Origin: an uncultured Prosthecobacter sp.
GTDB taxonomy: Bacteria; Verrucomicrobiota; Verrucomicrobiia; Chthoniobacterales; Chthoniobacteraceae
Direction: 5' to 3'
Length of the DNA stretch: 41,561 nucleotides
Assembly: GCA_966125105.1 (NCBI GenBank)
Contig: CBHXZU010000001.1
Location: 1-41,561 of the forward strand
The notes under the pieces: generated by a model
The model's database searches: none
Told to the model about the DNA's origin: nothing
Seen by the model: the letters and a program-made list of their open reading frames with translations, nothing else
Program-made: the position numbers and the translations under genes
Shown here: positions 38,701 to 41,561 of the stretch, in pieces
Numbering within the stretch: position 1 is the stretch's first letter
Layout of the letters: the number at the start of each line of letters is the position of its first letter

Positions 38701-40579
38701 CATCATCGTATCGCGCAATAATTCGTCGACGGAGCCGTTGACGGTGAGCTTGCTCATCGCCGGATCGGCGCAGCCAGGACTCGACTACGTAGCCCTGCCG
38801 GATTCCGTCACAATTCCCGGCGGTCAGGGGCAGGCGATCCTAAAGCTGCAGCCGAAGGATAACGAGGTCTATAACCCGGTCCGAACCGTCGCTGTGGTGA
38901 TTGCCCCGACAGCGGACTACCAGCAGGACTTTAAAAAAGAGGTCCAGGCGCGGCTGATCAATGATGAACCGCCCCCAGACTTGAAGAAACCCTCGGTCAC
39001 GGTCACGTCGCCGAAGCCTAAACAACGTTTCCCTGCATCCGTCCCGACGCTCACTGCGGCGGGCCTGACCCGCGATAACCTCGCGGTGGACTCGGTGCAG
39101 TTCCGCGTGAATGGCGGGGATTGGTTCGTGGCGACGATGCCGAACGCCACGACTTGGACGGCGGACGTGCTGGCGCAGAGCCGGCCGGGGCCGAATCTCC
39201 TCGAAGTCCGGGCGAAGGATGGTGACGGCAACTTCTCCGCCGTCGTTTCGCGCCCGTTCACCTTGGTGCAGGAACGGACTTTGACCGTGAACGTTTTGCC
39301 CGAGGCCACCGTCGGGACGGTATCCGCGCCGAAACCGCCAATTGAAGCGGGCCAGACCTACACGCTCAAAGCGAAGCCCGCGACGGGCAAGATCTTCGCA
39401 GGTTGGAGCGGCGATCTGACGGGCAGCAACAAGGTGCTGACCTTCATCATGCCAAACACCGACCCCGGCACGACGGTGAATGCAACCTTTGTCGACAACC
39501 CTTTCTCCGCAGCCGTGGTGGGCAGATACACCGGACTAGTGAACGGGCCGACGAGCCTTCCCGCGATTTCCGGAATGATCGATATCGTCATCTCCGGCAC
39601 CGGAGTATTCACCGGCAAACTCTGGTACGGCGGAGTCGCATTCCCGTTGAAAGGTGAGTTCAGCGGCGCTGGTTTATACGAAGGCACGGTGAAGCGGACG
39701 AAGAAAGTGCCGCTTTCGGTTCGCCTCTCGCTCGACCTGAATCCCACGGGAACGCTCAGCATCACGGGCGTGATCGACGGCGACGCGCAACCTTCAAGCG
39801 TGCTCGCCCATCGCGCTGGTTACGACAAGAACCACCCCGCCGATGCGCAGCTCGCTCGCGCCTACACGTTTTACATTCCGCCGACGTTCCCTGCCGACCC
39901 ATCGAAGCCGCACGGCAACGGTGTGGGCACCGTGAATGTTTCCCGCGATGGCGTGGTGAAATGGACGGGCTTCCTCGGTGACGGCACCCCTGCAACACAG
40001 ACGACCGTGCTCAATGGGCAAAACCGTTGGCCGCTCTACGTCTCGCTCTACAAAGGGACCGGCTACGCCAGCGGACAAGTGACCCACGACACCGTGCCCG
40101 CGGGCAGCGATCTGTCCGCTTCGCTGAATTGGGTAAAGGAAGCGGCGCCGAAGGACAAAACCTTCCCGGATGGTTTCACCATCGAGGGCAGCTCGTTCAT
40201 CGGCGTGGAATACACTCCGCCGCCGACGGGCACGCGCGTGCTTCCCGGTTACGATACTGCGCCGGACAACTCGGGTCCGCTCACCTTGGTGGACGGCAAT
40301 CTGCCGGCGACCATCGCGAAGGTGCTGAAGCTCGCGCCGAACAATGCGACGACGATCACGGGGCTGCCGACCGCGACGGACAAATTGAAGATCTCCATTG
40401 CCGCGAAGACCGGCATTGTGAACGGCAGCTTCATCTTCCCGCTGAAACCAAAAGCCACGCAGGTCAAAGGCGTCATTTTGCAAAACAAGATCGGCAAGGG
40501 CGTGGGCTTTTTCCTGGGGAATCCGCTGGCCGGCCCGATCCAAAGCGGGCGGCTCGAGTTTTACCCGGCAACACCGTAG
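35792..40579 (+). CDS. giant secreted subtilisin/kexin-like S8 serine protease with proprotein-convertase P-domain, three Calx-beta-like modules and Ig-like/InlB-B-like repeats (1595 aa)
   Basis: ATG 35792 gives the signal peptide MRTTDAIRFFAAAATTILFGSITASA (track ORF starts at 35705). Catalytic triad contexts: VVVVDDSLQTTHPDL, DDAHGTSVSGVIAA, FGGTSSATPLTSGIVALM. P-domain: LRVEHVEVVIAATHPNRSDLEIAITSPAGT...WGENSSGQWTVTARD. Calx-beta-like modules: VSYAIVGGTATQGVDF...ADDATPEGPE, plus two more. An IFAGWSGDL-type repeat is also present. Confidence 0.92.
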   Translation: MRTTDAIRFFAAAATTILFGSITASAQEILKIEEGGALRNFTLVEDEVLIEGDTENGERLKDDVQAAIPGASVIETRGAEALTKLAQRVDRRKAAAQQEAVQINAPQYKTHPVLYRDGLPRTIGNRRYVGQRVLVALPEGKTADQLGAESGALKAEVSKLPGHALLTFSDGWQSLSASDGLKAKGLNARPLLRKYAEKMFVPNDPYLPDQWHLRNRGQSGGLVGADANLYPAWDLLRADSQPVRGQGVTVVVVDDSLQTTHPDLSPNTPPVSSNAHIDFRSGGNNPGPKASDDAHGTSVSGVIAAKGHNGIGVTGAAPDAQLLGVRLIGGFFDAQTTYDALNWEPAGFTSSVSNNSWGYGSVGMVEIDPLEKQAMLDATTKRGGLGQVTLFAAANNDDFFNGFDLIGNPIFTFQDSNYQPFSSSRFVIGVAANTNYGDHSYYSNRGASVLISAPSNGGSLGIFTTDNVGSSGYNSSLDPGGQPSDKDYTNSFGGTSSATPLTSGIVALMLSANSNLGYRDVMEILATTAVKIDASNPDWVQNGAGFDFAHAYGAGMVNAAAAVARSLQWQNLGAETSLSRAATSLPAGIPDNSSTTVSRTFDFSNSANLRVEHVEVVIAATHPNRSDLEIAITSPAGTRSILNPIRPRPDVSYTGDDDNDIGSPGNGWVFMTTHHWGENSSGQWTVTARDGRSGSTGTLDSLQVRVYGTPANQQRVRFAQKSINVDEIDGSADLVIERLGPTTGTVQVSYAIVGGTATQGVDFTLTNGTVFFAPGETQKIVPVAIADDATPEGPESVYIALTNPVGATLGGGTLCSLIIEPSDGNFVTIRATDAEAAETPDGPQAPPANRATFAVSRLFADVTPLIVPYTVAPNGPGIATPTADYTGLSGTVTIPAGLDTAFITLTPKDDPLFEGPETVTVRLTDPGPTGDYELGDPSEATATIKDDEIQKVGIAMDKTSLPENGSQTADIIVSRNNSSTEPLTVSLLIAGSAQPGLDYVALPDSVTIPGGQGQAILKLQPKDNEVYNPVRTVAVVIAPTADYQQDFKKEVQARLINDEPPPDLKKPSVTVTSPKPKQRFPASVPTLTAAGLTRDNLAVDSVQFRVNGGDWFVATMPNATTWTADVLAQSRPGPNLLEVRAKDGDGNFSAVVSRPFTLVQERTLTVNVLPEATVGTVSAPKPPIEAGQTYTLKAKPATGKIFAGWSGDLTGSNKVLTFIMPNTDPGTTVNATFVDNPFSAAVVGRYTGLVNGPTSLPAISGMIDIVISGTGVFTGKLWYGGVAFPLKGEFSGAGLYEGTVKRTKKVPLSVRLSLDLNPTGTLSITGVIDGDAQPSSVLAHRAGYDKNHPADAQLARAYTFYIPPTFPADPSKPHGNGVGTVNVSRDGVVKWTGFLGDGTPATQTTVLNGQNRWPLYVSLYKGTGYASGQVTHDTVPAGSDLSASLNWVKEAAPKDKTFPDGFTIEGSSFIGVEYTPPPTGTRVLPGYDTAPDNSGPLTLVDGNLPATIAKVLKLAPNNATTITGLPTATDKLKISIAAKTGIVNGSFIFPLKPKATQVKGVILQNKIGKGVGFFLGNPLAGPIQSGRLEFYPATP

Positions 40580-40618
40580 CTCGACGCGCTGGCGTTTGCC
40601 TGGTTAACGTCTGGTGCG

Positions 40619-41233
40619 ATGCCTGAAGCCGTCAAATCCGATCCCCTCCTTGCGACTCGGCAAAGTTTGATCGCCCGGTTGCACGACTGGGACGATCAGC
40701 GCCGATGGCAGGAATTCTTCGAGACCTACTGGCAACTCATCTACCACGTCGCCTGCCGCGCGGGTTTGCGCGACGACGAAGCCCAGGAAGTGGTGCAGGA
40801 AACTTGCATCGCCGTGGCGAAGAACGTGACGAAATACGACCCCAAGCAAGGGCCATTCAAATCCTGGCTGCTGCACATGGCGCGCTGGCGGATCACAGAC
40901 CAATTTCGCCGGCGCGCAAAAAACCGTTCGGAGCGCTCAATCGATGACACGCGGGATACCGCGACCATGGATCGACTCCCTGGCGACGGCGAAGCGGCTT
41001 TCGAGCAAGTGTGGGACGAAGAGTGGCAACGCAATGCGCTCGAGATGGCCTTGGCGCGTTTGAAAAGAAAAGTCAGTGCCAAACACTACCAGATCTTCGA
41101 CTTCACCGGTCTAAAGGGGTGGAGCGCCGCCAAGACGGCAAAGTCGCTTGGCGTGAATATCGCACAAGTTTACCTCGTAAAGCACCGGCTCAAGGGGATG
41201 TTGAAGAAGGAATTGGAAGAGTTGGAGAGATAG
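40619..41233 (+). CDS. ECF-type RNA polymerase sigma-70 family factor
   Basis: 204 aa. Region 2 is present (WQEFFETYWQLIYHVACRAGLRDDEAQEVVQETCIAVAKNVTKYDPKQGPFKSWLLHMARWRITDQFRRR). Region 4 HTH is present (SAAKTAKSLGVNIAQVYLVKHRLKGMLKKEL). It starts 40 bp after the protease stop. Confidence 0.88.
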   Translation: MPEAVKSDPLLATRQSLIARLHDWDDQRRWQEFFETYWQLIYHVACRAGLRDDEAQEVVQETCIAVAKNVTKYDPKQGPFKSWLLHMARWRITDQFRRRAKNRSERSIDDTRDTATMDRLPGDGEAAFEQVWDEEWQRNALEMALARLKRKVSAKHYQIFDFTGLKGWSAAKTAKSLGVNIAQVYLVKHRLKGMLKKELEELER

Positions 41234-41406
41234 GGATTGGGGGAAGGCGGGCGCGATCTTCACCATTTCAGGGCTGCAGCATCTGCCGAAAGTAATTTCT
41301 CTCCCCCTGAGGCCCTCAGGCCGAAAATCGTTCCCGCTCCGCAACCACGCTCGCACCCTGCCCGCACCTCAAACCGCTCTCCATAGCGCACAAACCGGCC
41401 TGGATA

Positions 41407-41561
41407 ATGCGCAGATCACCCTGCGCGATGCGCAGATCACCCTGCGTGATGCGCAGATCACCCTGCGTGATGCGCAAATCACCCTGTGCGATGCGCAGAT
41501 CACCCCGTGCGATGCGCAGATCACCCTGTGCGATGCGCAGATCACCCTGTGCGATGCGCAG
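41407..41561. repeat. tandem 21-bp repeat, at least 7.3 near-identical units, truncated by the window edge
   Basis: The unit is ATGCGCAGATCACCCTG(C/T)G(C/T)G, repeated head-to-tail from 41407 to the end of the window. Each unit contains the short palindrome GCGCAG-ATCACC-CTGCGC (6-bp stem, 6-nt loop; variants keep G-U pairing). It begins about 175 bp downstream of the ECF sigma gene. Confidence 0.9.

Noticed and set aside
36476-40543. Minus-strand ORFs 36476..37108, 37541..38692 (383 aa) and 39794..40543 inside the S8 protease gene
   Set aside because: All are antisense to a gene with a clear catalytic triad, P-domain and Calx-beta motifs. The translations are Arg-rich and featureless.

Overview
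High-GC (about 60%) chromosomal segment. The gene content (several prepilin-type N-terminal proteins, an NxxGxxAF-repeat protein, many giant secreted proteins and lipoproteins) suggests a Verrucomicrobiota/PVC-type bacterium, but this is inference only. All product calls come from motif recognition by eye; no homology search was possible.

Housekeeping genes:
- gyrA (5' fragment, open-ended at the left edge) and gyrB
- transketolase
- a DsbA-like/NhaA fusion antiporter
- a HisC/CobD-like aminotransferase
- a GNAT acetyltransferase
- an ArsR-like wHTH regulator
- an ECF sigma factor

Accessory content:
- a zeta-toxin-like P-loop ATPase plus an overlapping small ORF, wedged between gyrB and gyrA
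- two tandem paralogous lipoproteins of about 1200-1300 aa
- a Trp-rich helical secreted protein
- a cNMP-binding/TrxR-like flavoprotein bracketed by two copies of a long-palindrome MITE-like element
- an NxxGxxAF-repeat secreted protein
- an olfactomedin-like plus 7x PKD-like secreted protein
- a 4-gene pseudopilin cluster
- a 1595-aa S8 protease with a P-domain and Calx-beta modules

The strongest DNA-level signals not explained by genes are two unrelated tandem arrays, both with a strict 21-bp period. One has about 17 phased GGAA-core units between gyrB and the ArsR-like gene. The other has at least 7 hairpin-forming units downstream of the ECF sigma gene and runs off the right edge.

I recognised no rRNA, tRNA, CRISPR array, transposase or integrase. 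Many long track ORFs are antisense or out-of-frame shadows typical of high-GC DNA and were rejected.
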